Shown here: positions 35,776 through 44,002 of the stretch, one piece after another
Layout of the letters: the number at the start of each line of letters is the position of its first letter
How positions within the stretch are numbered: the stretch's first letter is position 1
Source of the DNA: Chloroflexota bacterium
Lineage (GTDB): Bacteria; Chloroflexota; Anaerolineae; Anaerolineales; UBA11579
Direction: 5' to 3'
NCBI GenBank assembly: GCA_016191875.1
Contig: JACPVG010000029.1
Span: 272,237-336,236 of the forward strand
Length of the DNA stretch: 64,000 bases
Translations under genes and position numbers: made by a program
The notes under the pieces: generated by a model
The model's input: only the letters and a program-made list of their open reading frames with translations
Database searches by the model: none
Told to the model about the DNA's origin: nothing

Positions 35776-37793
35776 CCAGCGCAAATGGCAAACGCCAGAT
35801 TCCCCGTATCGGAGTATATGTGTGCCACTGCGGCTCCAATATCGCCGGGACGGTGGATGTCGAGGAGGTCGCCAAATGGGCAAAAGAGAGGCTCGGTGAG
35901 CAGGGCGTTGTGGTCGCCAAAGAATACAAATTCATGTGCTCGAGCCTGGGCCAAGAACTGATCGCTGAAGACATCCGGAAGGAAAGGTTGGACAGGGTGG
36001 TGGTGGCGGCCTGCTCACCGCACCTGCATGAGAAGACCTTTCGCGGCGCGGCCGCCCGTGCCGGACTGAACCCGTATCTGTGCGAAATGACGTCCATCCG
36101 TGAGCAGGTTTCCTGGGTGCATACCGACAAGATCCTAGCGACTGAGAAAGCCAAAGCGCTGATCTCCGGTACCGTTGCGAGGGTGAGGGAGCACTCGCCG
36201 CTCGAGTCCATCACTGTCCCCATCAACGAAACCACGCTGGTGGTGGGCGGCGGCATTGCCGGCATCCAGGCAGCCCTGGAAATCGCCAACACGGGCCATC
36301 CGGTGTATCTCGTCGAACGCGAACCGTCCATCGGCGGGCACATGGCGCAGTTCGACAAGACCTTTCCTACGCTTGACTGCGCGGCCTGCATCCTCACGCC
36401 GCGCATGAGCGAAGCCGGTTCGCACCCCGGCATTCACTTGCTGACGTGGAGTGAAGTTGAACAGGTGGAGGGCTACGTCGGCAACTTTACCGTGAGTGTG
36501 CGCAAAAAGGCGCGTTATGTCAACACCGAGCTTTGCACTGGCTGTGGAATCTGCTGGCAGAAATGCCCGAAGAATGTACTCGACGATAAGTTCGAAGTGG
36601 GGCTGGGCTATCGCAAAGCCATCTACACGCCTTTCGAGCAGGCGGTGCCGCGCTTCCCGGTCATTGACCGGGAGACCTGCACCTACTTCGAAAAGGGTAC
36701 CTGCAAAGCGTGCGAGAAGTTCTGCCCCACCGGCGCAATCGCCCTTGAGCAGCAGGATGAGCTTGTCTCGTTTCAGGTGGGCAATATCGTGCTGGCGACT
36801 GGTTACGATCTGTTCGACGCCCGGCGCGTGCCACAATACGGCTATGGCCGGCTGCCGAATGTATTTACCAGCCTAGAATTCGAGCGCATGTGCAATGCCG
36901 CCGGTCCCACCAATGGCGACATCGTGTTGCGCGACGGGAAAACCGTTCCCAAGACGGTTGGGATCATCCACTGTGTGGGCAGCCGCGATCGAAACTACAA
37001 CAACTACTGCTCAGCGATCTGTTGTATGCAGAGCCTGAAATTTGCCCACCTGGTGAAGGAGCGCACCGGCGCGGAGGTGTACAACTTCTACATCGATCTA
37101 CGCACTACTGCCAAGGATTATGACGAGTTCTATCAGCGTGTGTTGGAAGAAGGCACGCTGTTCGTGCGCGGCAGGGTAGCGGAGATCATTGACGGCGCCC
37201 AGTTGCCCGGTGGAGATGAGCGCATGGTGATCCAGGTGGAAGATACGCTGGCCGGATGCCAGCGGCACATCCCGGTGGATATGGTGGTGCTCTCGGCGGC
37301 ATTGGAGCCGCGGGCGGATGCCGGCGAGGTGGCAAAGCAGTTTGGAATCTCTTGCAGTTCCAACGGCTGGTTCACGGAGCGCCACCCTAAACTTGACCCG
37401 GTGGCGACCATGACCGAAGGAATTTTCATCGCCGGCTGCGCAACCGGCCCGAGAGATATCCCCAACACGGTGGCGCAGGGCTCGGCGACCGCAGCCCGGG
37501 TGGTTTCGTACATCGCGCAGGCCGAACTGGCGCTTGAGCCCATTCGCGCCTCCGTAGCCGAAGCGACATGCTCCGGGTGCCGGATCTGCAACGGATTGTG
37601 CCCCTTCAATGCCATTGTGTTCCACGAAGACCGCATGGTGACAGAAATTATGACCGCCCTGTGCCAGGGCTGTGGTACCTGCGTGGCCGCCTGCCCGGCT
37701 GGGGCAATCACCTGCACAGGCTTCAGCAACGATCAGGTCATCGCGCAGATCGAAGGCATGATGGCCGTTGCCTTCCAGCCGGAACCGGTCTAG
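35772..37793 (+). CDS. hdrA: Heterodisulfide reductase subunit A-like (FAD, multiple Fe-S; bifurcating flavoprotein type)
   Basis: IGVYVCHCGSNIAG, VVGGGIAGIQAALE, DKTFPTLDCAACILTPRM. Ferredoxin motifs CTGCGICWQKCP, CSGCRICNGLCP and CQGCGTCVAACP. Confidence 0.9.
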   Translation: MTSANGKRQIPRIGVYVCHCGSNIAGTVDVEEVAKWAKERLGEQGVVVAKEYKFMCSSLGQELIAEDIRKERLDRVVVAACSPHLHEKTFRGAAARAGLNPYLCEMTSIREQVSWVHTDKILATEKAKALISGTVARVREHSPLESITVPINETTLVVGGGIAGIQAALEIANTGHPVYLVEREPSIGGHMAQFDKTFPTLDCAACILTPRMSEAGSHPGIHLLTWSEVEQVEGYVGNFTVSVRKKARYVNTELCTGCGICWQKCPKNVLDDKFEVGLGYRKAIYTPFEQAVPRFPVIDRETCTYFEKGTCKACEKFCPTGAIALEQQDELVSFQVGNIVLATGYDLFDARRVPQYGYGRLPNVFTSLEFERMCNAAGPTNGDIVLRDGKTVPKTVGIIHCVGSRDRNYNNYCSAICCMQSLKFAHLVKERTGAEVYNFYIDLRTTAKDYDEFYQRVLEEGTLFVRGRVAEIIDGAQLPGGDERMVIQVEDTLAGCQRHIPVDMVVLSAALEPRADAGEVAKQFGISCSSNGWFTERHPKLDPVATMTEGIFIAGCATGPRDIPNTVAQGSATAARVVSYIAQAELALEPIRASVAEATCSGCRICNGLCPFNAIVFHEDRMVTEIMTALCQGCGTCVAACPAGAITCTGFSNDQVIAQIEGMMAVAFQPEPV

Positions 37794-37803
37794 GAGAATT
37801 GAC

Positions 37804-38274
37804 ATGAGCGGCGAATTCGAGCCCCTAATTATCGGATTTACCTGCAACTGGTGCAGCTACCGGGCCGCGGACATGGCTGGCACGGCGCGATTCAAGTATC
37901 CTCCCAACATTCGCTTGCTCCGGCTGATGTGTTCCGGCCGGCTCGACCCGACCTTTGTTCTCAAAGCGTTTCGAGAAGGCGCCGACGGTGTGCTAATCAC
38001 CGGCTGCCACCCCGGCGAGTGCCACTACATCGAACAGAACTATAAGGCGCTGCGACGGGTATTGCTGCTCAAGCGCCTGCTGGGATCAATGGGGCTGAAC
38101 CCCGAGCGTGTAAAACTGGTGTGGGCCAGTGCTGCGGAAGGCGGGCGCCTGGCGAGGGAGATTTCCAGTTTTGTCGAGCACGTTAGGGCTTTGGGCCCGC
38201 TGGGTTGGCCCCAGAGGGCGATGGCCAACGGACGTTACGCAGCGCGTGAGGAAATTGAAGAGGTGCCGGCATGA
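37804..38274 (+). CDS. mvhD: Methyl-viologen-reducing hydrogenase delta subunit (MvhD)
   Basis: IIGFTCNWCSY and ITGCHPGECHY. ATG 37804 is preceded by AGGAGA. Confidence 0.9.
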   Translation: MSGEFEPLIIGFTCNWCSYRAADMAGTARFKYPPNIRLLRLMCSGRLDPTFVLKAFREGADGVLITGCHPGECHYIEQNYKALRRVLLLKRLLGSMGLNPERVKLVWASAAEGGRLAREISSFVEHVRALGPLGWPQRAMANGRYAAREEIEEVPA

Positions 38275-39266
38275 GCGAGAACGGGAAACCGAAATTTGCA
38301 ATGTACTGGGCGGCCTCTTGCGGCGGATGCGACATCGCCGTACTCAACATTCACGAGAAGATACTGGATGTGGACGCCAACTTTGAAGTGGTGTTCTGGC
38401 CGGTAGCTGTGGATGCCAAGTACAAAGATGTGGAAGCGATGGCAGATGGCGAGATTCTGTTGACTCTATTCAATGGCGGAATGCGCAACGAGGAAAACGC
38501 GCATATGGCCCGGTTGCTGCGCCGCAAGTCTCAGATTCTGATCGCATTCGGCTCGTGCGCCAACGAGGGTTGCATTCCGGGTCTCGCGAATCTATCTCCC
38601 GTAGAGGAGATCTTTGAGACGGCCTACGCGACCGTGAGCACGGAAAACGCGGCTGGGATTCGTCCCCAGCCGGAAACGCAGGTGGCTGAGGGAGTACTCA
38701 GTATCCCGGCCTTCAGCCCAGTGCTGCGTACTCTGAATCAGGTTGTGGACGTGGATTACTACATCCCGGGCTGCCCGCCGGAGTCGCATCAGATCGCTGC
38801 CGTGATCGACGTCGTGCTCGCCGTGCTGGCCGGCAAGGCCCAACTGCCGCCCAAAGGATCGATGCTGGGCGTGGGCCAATCAACGGTATGCGACGAGTGT
38901 ACGCGCGTTCGCAATGTCCGCAAAATAACCGGTTTCAGGCGCATTCAGGACCTAGAATGCATCGACCCGCAGGTATGCCTGCTCGAGCAGGGGGTCTTGT
39001 GCACCGGTCCCGCGACGGCCAGCGGGTGCACGGCGCTATGCCCGAAAGCGGGCGCGCCCTGCGCGGGTTGCTATGGGCCGGCTCAGGGTGTCCTGGATTT
39101 TGGGGCACGCATGATGAGTGCAGTTGCTTCCGTGATTGATAGCAACGACGCCGAGGAGATCGACCGAATTCTGGACGGCCTTGTAGACCCGGCGGGTTCA
39201 TTCTACCGCTTCAACCTGGCTCACTCCGTGCTGCGCACCGGCCGCGCGTCGTGGAATGGCAATTAG
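38271..39266 (+). CDS. mvhG: [NiFe] hydrogenase small subunit, Mvh gamma-like (group 3c)
   Basis: WAASCGGCDIAVL, GSCANEGCIPG, PGCPP, and further Cys clusters for medial and distal Fe-S. Confidence 0.85.
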   Translation: MSENGKPKFAMYWAASCGGCDIAVLNIHEKILDVDANFEVVFWPVAVDAKYKDVEAMADGEILLTLFNGGMRNEENAHMARLLRRKSQILIAFGSCANEGCIPGLANLSPVEEIFETAYATVSTENAAGIRPQPETQVAEGVLSIPAFSPVLRTLNQVVDVDYYIPGCPPESHQIAAVIDVVLAVLAGKAQLPPKGSMLGVGQSTVCDECTRVRNVRKITGFRRIQDLECIDPQVCLLEQGVLCTGPATASGCTALCPKAGAPCAGCYGPAQGVLDFGARMMSAVASVIDSNDAEEIDRILDGLVDPAGSFYRFNLAHSVLRTGRASWNGN

Positions 39267-39275
39267 GAGGCTCGC

Positions 39276-40742
39276 ATGGAACGCATCTCCATAGACCCCA
39301 TCACTCGTCTGGAAGGCCATGGCAAGATCGAGATCTTCCTTGATGACAAGGGTAACGTCGCTAACACATATTTCCAGATCCCCGAATTGCGTGGCTTTGA
39401 ACGCTTCTGCGTGGGCCGGCCGGTAGAGGACATGCCAATTCTCACCAACCGCATATGTGGCGTGTGCCCTGAGGCCCATCACATGGCTGCCGCCAAGGCC
39501 GCAGATGCCGTATACAAAGTGACCCCGCCGCGGACGGCTCGCATGCTGCGCGAGTTGTTGTACAGCGCGTTCTATGTCACCGATCACACCACCCACTTTT
39601 ACGCCCTGGGTGGCCCGGATTTCGTGATGGGGCCCGATGCCCCGGTGGCCGAGCGCAACATCCTTGGCGTGATTCACAAGGTGGGGCTTGAGATCGGCCA
39701 GAAGGTCATCCAGGCGCGCAAGTACGGTCATATGGTCATCGAGACCATCGGGGGACGCAAGGTGCATCCTTGTACCTCGATCCCTGGTGGGCAAACCCGC
39801 GGAATCAATGAGACCGAGCGGAAGGAAATCGAAGAGATGGGCCGCTGGGCGGTGGAATTCGCCCAATTCAGCCTGAAACTGTTCGCTGATCTGGTGTTGG
39901 CAAACAAAGCCTATGCGGACCTGATCCTGGGAGATGCGTATTGCATCCCGATGCACTACATCGGCATGGTGGACGAGAACAACCACGTCAACTTCTACGA
40001 TGGATTGGTGAGCGTGGTGGACCCGGAAGGAGCACGACTGGGGAAATATGCACCGGCGGAGTACACGGATTGGATCGCCGAGCGTGTGGAGCCGTGGACA
40101 TACCTGAAATTCCCCTACCTGAAGAAGGTGGGCTGGAAAGGGTTTGAAGGCGGCAAGGACTCCGGGGTGTATTCGGCGACTCCGCTTTCGCGCCTGAATG
40201 CGGCTGACGGCATGGCCACGCCGCTGGCCCAGGCGGAATACGAGAAGTTCTACGACACGCTGGGTGGAAAGCCGGTGCATCACCAACTGGCGACACACTG
40301 GGCGCGGCTGATCGAACTGCTCTATGCTGCCGAGCGCTGGATGGAGTTGGTAACAGATGCTGAGATCACTTCCAATCAGTTCAGGGTCAGGCCCACCGAA
40401 ACACCCACCGAGGGGGTCGGCATCGTGGAAGCGCCGCGTGGAACGCTTACCCACCACTACTGGACCGACGAGCGCGGCGTGCTGACCAAGGTCAATCTGA
40501 TCGTAGGCACCACCAACAACTATGCTCCTATCAGCATGTCAATCAAGAAAGCTGCCCAGAGCTTCATCACAGGCGGCCAAGTGGTGACTGAGGGGTTGCT
40601 CAACCGGGTCGAAATGGCGTTCCGCTCTTACGATCCGTGTTTCGGGTGCGCCACTCATTCGCTTCCGGGGCAGATGCCGCTGGAGGTCAGAGTAACGGAT
40701 TCCGAAGGCAAGCTGGTGACGATTCTTCGCCAGCGTTGCTGA
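39276..40742 (+). CDS. mvhA: [NiFe] hydrogenase large subunit, Mvh alpha-like (group 3c)
   Basis: ITRLEGHG, RICGVCPEAHH, C-terminal DPCFGCATH. Confidence 0.9.
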   Translation: MERISIDPITRLEGHGKIEIFLDDKGNVANTYFQIPELRGFERFCVGRPVEDMPILTNRICGVCPEAHHMAAAKAADAVYKVTPPRTARMLRELLYSAFYVTDHTTHFYALGGPDFVMGPDAPVAERNILGVIHKVGLEIGQKVIQARKYGHMVIETIGGRKVHPCTSIPGGQTRGINETERKEIEEMGRWAVEFAQFSLKLFADLVLANKAYADLILGDAYCIPMHYIGMVDENNHVNFYDGLVSVVDPEGARLGKYAPAEYTDWIAERVEPWTYLKFPYLKKVGWKGFEGGKDSGVYSATPLSRLNAADGMATPLAQAEYEKFYDTLGGKPVHHQLATHWARLIELLYAAERWMELVTDAEITSNQFRVRPTETPTEGVGIVEAPRGTLTHHYWTDERGVLTKVNLIVGTTNNYAPISMSIKKAAQSFITGGQVVTEGLLNRVEMAFRSYDPCFGCATHSLPGQMPLEVRVTDSEGKLVTILRQRC

Positions 40743-40785
40743 AGCCGTTCTGTCGCCGCCGATGGATGCAAGTGAAGGAACGGGG

Positions 40786-41364
40786 ATGGATAACGAAAAG
40801 AAGATTCTGGTCATTGGATTAGGCAACCCGATCCTCGGTGACGATGGAGTAGGTTGGCACGTGGTTCGGGCGGCGCAGACCGAATGGCAGGCGCGCGGCG
40901 AGCAAGCGGGCGTGGAGTTCGAAACGCTTTCGACCGGCGGGCTGGCGTTGATGGAGAGGATGGAGGGATATTGCCGGGTTCTGGTCATCGATGCAGCCTC
41001 TTCCGGCGGCAGTCCGATTGGCTCCGTGTCTTCAAAGCCGCTCTCGGCCCTGGAGGAATTCCCGGCGGCCCACACCCGTTCGGCTCACGACACCTCCCTG
41101 CGCCTGGCCTTGGAAGTGGGGGGCAGGTTAGGCATCCCGCTGCCGGAGGAAGTCTGGGTGGTAGGGGTGGAGATCGAACCCGACTTTGAGTTCTCGGAGG
41201 CGCTTTCGTTGCCGGTGGCGGAGGCGGTGCAAGAGGCGAAGGATCTGGCGCTGTGTCACCTGAACGCCTGGGTCGCAGCGCAACACCGAAAGACCGATTC
41301 CCGGGCATCGCCTGGGCGCGCAGGGCCGGAGATCGCCAGAGGAAACAGAAGGCCATGCCAATGA
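40786..41364 (+). CDS. Hydrogenase maturation endopeptidase (HyaD/HycI/FrhD family)
   Basis: ILVIGLGNPILGDDGVGWHV and VLVIDAA. Basic ~30-aa C-terminal tail. Start chosen at ATG 40786. Confidence 0.8.
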   Translation: MDNEKKILVIGLGNPILGDDGVGWHVVRAAQTEWQARGEQAGVEFETLSTGGLALMERMEGYCRVLVIDAASSGGSPIGSVSSKPLSALEEFPAAHTRSAHDTSLRLALEVGGRLGIPLPEEVWVVGVEIEPDFEFSEALSLPVAEAVQEAKDLALCHLNAWVAAQHRKTDSRASPGRAGPEIARGNRRPCQ

Positions 41365-41383
41365 CGGCTATCCTTGCTTTGTG

Positions 41384-41408
41384 AGGACAGTTGTCACTTG
41401 ACTGTCCT
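41384..41408 (+). terminator. Hairpin after the hdr-mvh operon (AGGACAGT-N9-ACTGTCCT, then TTGCTTCTC)
   Basis: Read directly 20 nt after the protease stop. The U-tract is weak. Confidence 0.4.
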
Positions 41409-41579
41409 TTGCTTCTCATCAACGATGGTAAGGAGTTGGATGACGCTCTTTTCGTGCGCGATGCAAAGGGCGTCCAGACCGCAATTGCCGTAACCTGGCC
41501 GGCAGGCGAGCGGATCAGGGCCGGGCGGACGTCCATGTCTGGCCTCTGAACTGAAGAGTTTTGCGAGGAGTGCGCACCC

Positions 41580-41978
41580 ATGAAAGCAACCGTGTTTGCC
41601 GTACCCCGAATGTATGCTGACCATCACGTATTGAAAGTGAGGAGAATTCTCGATCAGATTCAGGGGGTATCAGAGATATACGCCAGCAGCGCTTTTCATT
41701 CCCTTGAAGTCACTTTCAACCCCAAGAAGACCTCTGAACAGGCTATTCGCGAGGCGTTGGACGCAGCCGGGTACCTGGGAGACCTGCCGACCGTAGAGGA
41801 AAGCCTTTTACCTGAGTCTTCGGCGCAGACTGGCCGGGACGGATTGTTCCGTCACAGCACAGCCTATGGGCAAACCCGCCTGGATATCAGCTTTGCGCAG
41901 GAACTCCCCCCAGTGGATCGTTCGCTGTGGCCCTGGCGGGAAACCGCTCCCGCTAAAGAACCTGCGGCCGAGGAGTGA
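41580..41978 (+). CDS. HMA (ferredoxin-fold metallochaperone)-like protein lacking the CxxC site (MYADHH instead), with an unstructured C-terminal half
   Basis: The spacing MKATVFAVPRMYADHHVLKVRRILDQIQGVSEIYASSAFHSLEVTFNPKKTSEQAIREALDAAGY follows the HMA pattern. GAGGAG SD. Its stop is 3 nt before cooS. Confidence 0.5.
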   Translation: MKATVFAVPRMYADHHVLKVRRILDQIQGVSEIYASSAFHSLEVTFNPKKTSEQAIREALDAAGYLGDLPTVEESLLPESSAQTGRDGLFRHSTAYGQTRLDISFAQELPPVDRSLWPWRETAPAKEPAAEE

Positions 41979-41981
41979 ACC

Positions 41982-43994
41982 ATGCCCAAATCGAAGCGCA
42001 CACCTGAGGAATTCAGCATCGACCCGGCGGCGCAGGAGATGCTGATCCGCGCCGCGGAGATCGGTGTGGGTACAGCATTCAGTCGCGCAGAAGAAATGAC
42101 TCCCTGCAACATCGGGGCAGCCGGCATGTGCTGCAAGATCTGTGGCATGGGACCATGCCGACTGACAAAAGAGGGCCAGACCGGAGTGTGCGGCGCAACC
42201 ATCGATACGATTCAGGCCCGCAACTTGAGCCGGGCAATCGCGGCCGGCGCAGCGGCGCATTCGGACCATGGCCGCGATATGGCGTTCACCCTCAAGGCCG
42301 TCGCGAATGGGGAGGCCGAGGGGTACCAGATACGCGACGTCGCCAAGTTGCACGCGGTCGCGGCGCGCTACGAAATCCCGCTGGAAGGGCGCACAACAGA
42401 AGAGATCGCCAATGAGTTGGCGGATCTGTATATCGCCCAGTTCGGCCAGCAGCGTGGTGAAATCCTGATTACGAAGAACGCCCCCGCCAGGCGACTGGCG
42501 CTCTGGCAAGATCTGAAGGTGGTGCCGCGCGGTGTGGACCGGGAAGTGGTGGAGGCCCTGCACCGCACGCACATCGGCGACGACCAGGACCCGGAGCACA
42601 TCCTCCGGCATGCCATGCGCACCGCGCTGGCGGACGGGTGGGGCGGCAGCATGATCGCTACGGATATCTCGGATATCCTGTTCGGCACGCCCGCGCCGTT
42701 GGTCGGGCGCACCAACCTTGGCGTACTGAAAGAAGACATGGTCAATGTGGTCGTGCATGGCCATGAACCGACGCTCAGCGAGATGATCGTAGCCGCTTCG
42801 CTCGACCCGGAGATCCAGGAATATGCCCGGGCGGCCGGCGCGCAGGGTATCAACCTCTCGGGGATCTGCTGTACGGCCAATGAAATCCTCATGCGCCAGG
42901 GAATCCCGGCGGCGGGGAATTTCCTGCACCAGGAACTGGCGATCCTCACCGGCGCGGTGGAAGCCATGGTGGTGGATGTCCAATGCATCATGCAAGCACT
43001 GGTGGCCCTGGCGGAAAACTTCCACACGAAGATCATCACGACGTCGCCCAAGGTGCGCATTACCGGCGCGACGCACATGGAATTCGACGAACACAGGGCC
43101 TATTCGATCGCCAAAGAAATTCTCAGGGCAGCGATCGACAACTATAAGAACCGTGGCAAGACCCAGATCCCCAACGTGCAGGAACGGCTGGTGCCAGGCT
43201 TTTCGCATGAGTACATTCGCTACATGCTCGGCGGGACTTACCGTGCGTCTTTCCGGCCGCTCAACGATGCGATCATGTCCGGCCGCATTCGCGGCGTGGC
43301 CGCCATCGTCGGCTGCAACAACCCGCGCAGCCAACAGGATTACCTGCACATCCATGTCGCCAGGGAATTGCTCAAGCAAGATGTCTTGCTCGTCGAGACT
43401 GGTTGCGGCGCCATCGCCTCGGCCAAACAGGGATTGATGCTGGGTCAGGCGGGCCTCGACCAGGTCGGGCCGGGGCTGCGAGAGATTTGCGAGACGATCG
43501 GCATCCCACCCGTGTTGCATATGGGGTCATGCGTGGATAACACCCGCATCCTCACTGTACTCACAGAGATGGTAGCCGAGGGCGGGCTGGGCGACGATAT
43601 CGACGACGTGCCAGCCGTAGGCATTGCGCCGGAGTGGATGAGCGAAAAGGCGTTATCTATCGCGGCCTACTGTGCAGCCTCCGGTGCTTACGTTATATTC
43701 GGCGGCTCTTCGCCGGTTAGCGGCATGCCCGACCGGGTGGCCGACAGCGAACTGGTGTTGAAGTATCTCAGTGAAGGATGGGAGGAGCTCTTTGGTGGGA
43801 AGTTGGAATTCGTCTCCGACCCGGATGAGATGGTGAGGAGAGCCCTGGAACACATCGACAAGAAGCGCGCCGCCCTGGGCCTGCCTGCCTACCAGGCCGA
43901 GAAGTTCGGGCGCAGCGGGGATACGCAGATGCTGGAATTGGAAAAATTACCCTTCACCGAGAAGCGTGCGGCTCTTTACGGCGCGGTGGAGTAG
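41982..43994 (+). CDS. cooS: Anaerobic Ni-dependent carbon monoxide dehydrogenase catalytic subunit
   Basis: CNIGAAGMCCKICGMGPCRL...GVCGA (B/D-cluster Cys). HGHEP, GICCTANE and MGSCVDN C-cluster regions. Confidence 0.95.
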   Translation: MPKSKRTPEEFSIDPAAQEMLIRAAEIGVGTAFSRAEEMTPCNIGAAGMCCKICGMGPCRLTKEGQTGVCGATIDTIQARNLSRAIAAGAAAHSDHGRDMAFTLKAVANGEAEGYQIRDVAKLHAVAARYEIPLEGRTTEEIANELADLYIAQFGQQRGEILITKNAPARRLALWQDLKVVPRGVDREVVEALHRTHIGDDQDPEHILRHAMRTALADGWGGSMIATDISDILFGTPAPLVGRTNLGVLKEDMVNVVVHGHEPTLSEMIVAASLDPEIQEYARAAGAQGINLSGICCTANEILMRQGIPAAGNFLHQELAILTGAVEAMVVDVQCIMQALVALAENFHTKIITTSPKVRITGATHMEFDEHRAYSIAKEILRAAIDNYKNRGKTQIPNVQERLVPGFSHEYIRYMLGGTYRASFRPLNDAIMSGRIRGVAAIVGCNNPRSQQDYLHIHVARELLKQDVLLVETGCGAIASAKQGLMLGQAGLDQVGPGLREICETIGIPPVLHMGSCVDNTRILTVLTEMVAEGGLGDDIDDVPAVGIAPEWMSEKALSIAAYCAASGAYVIFGGSSPVSGMPDRVADSELVLKYLSEGWEELFGGKLEFVSDPDEMVRRALEHIDKKRAALGLPAYQAEKFGRSGDTQMLELEKLPFTEKRAALYGAVE

Positions 43995-44002
43995 GAGGAA
44001 CG

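Noticed and set aside
41394-41627. 77-aa minus-strand ORF in the mvh/acs intergenic region
   Set aside because: It begins inside the HMA-like gene on the opposite strand and crosses the terminator-like hairpin. It has no SD or motif.
41808-43520. 570-aa minus-strand ORF
   Set aside because: It is antisense to the HMA-like gene and cooS. The sense strand has diagnostic CODH cysteine motifs.
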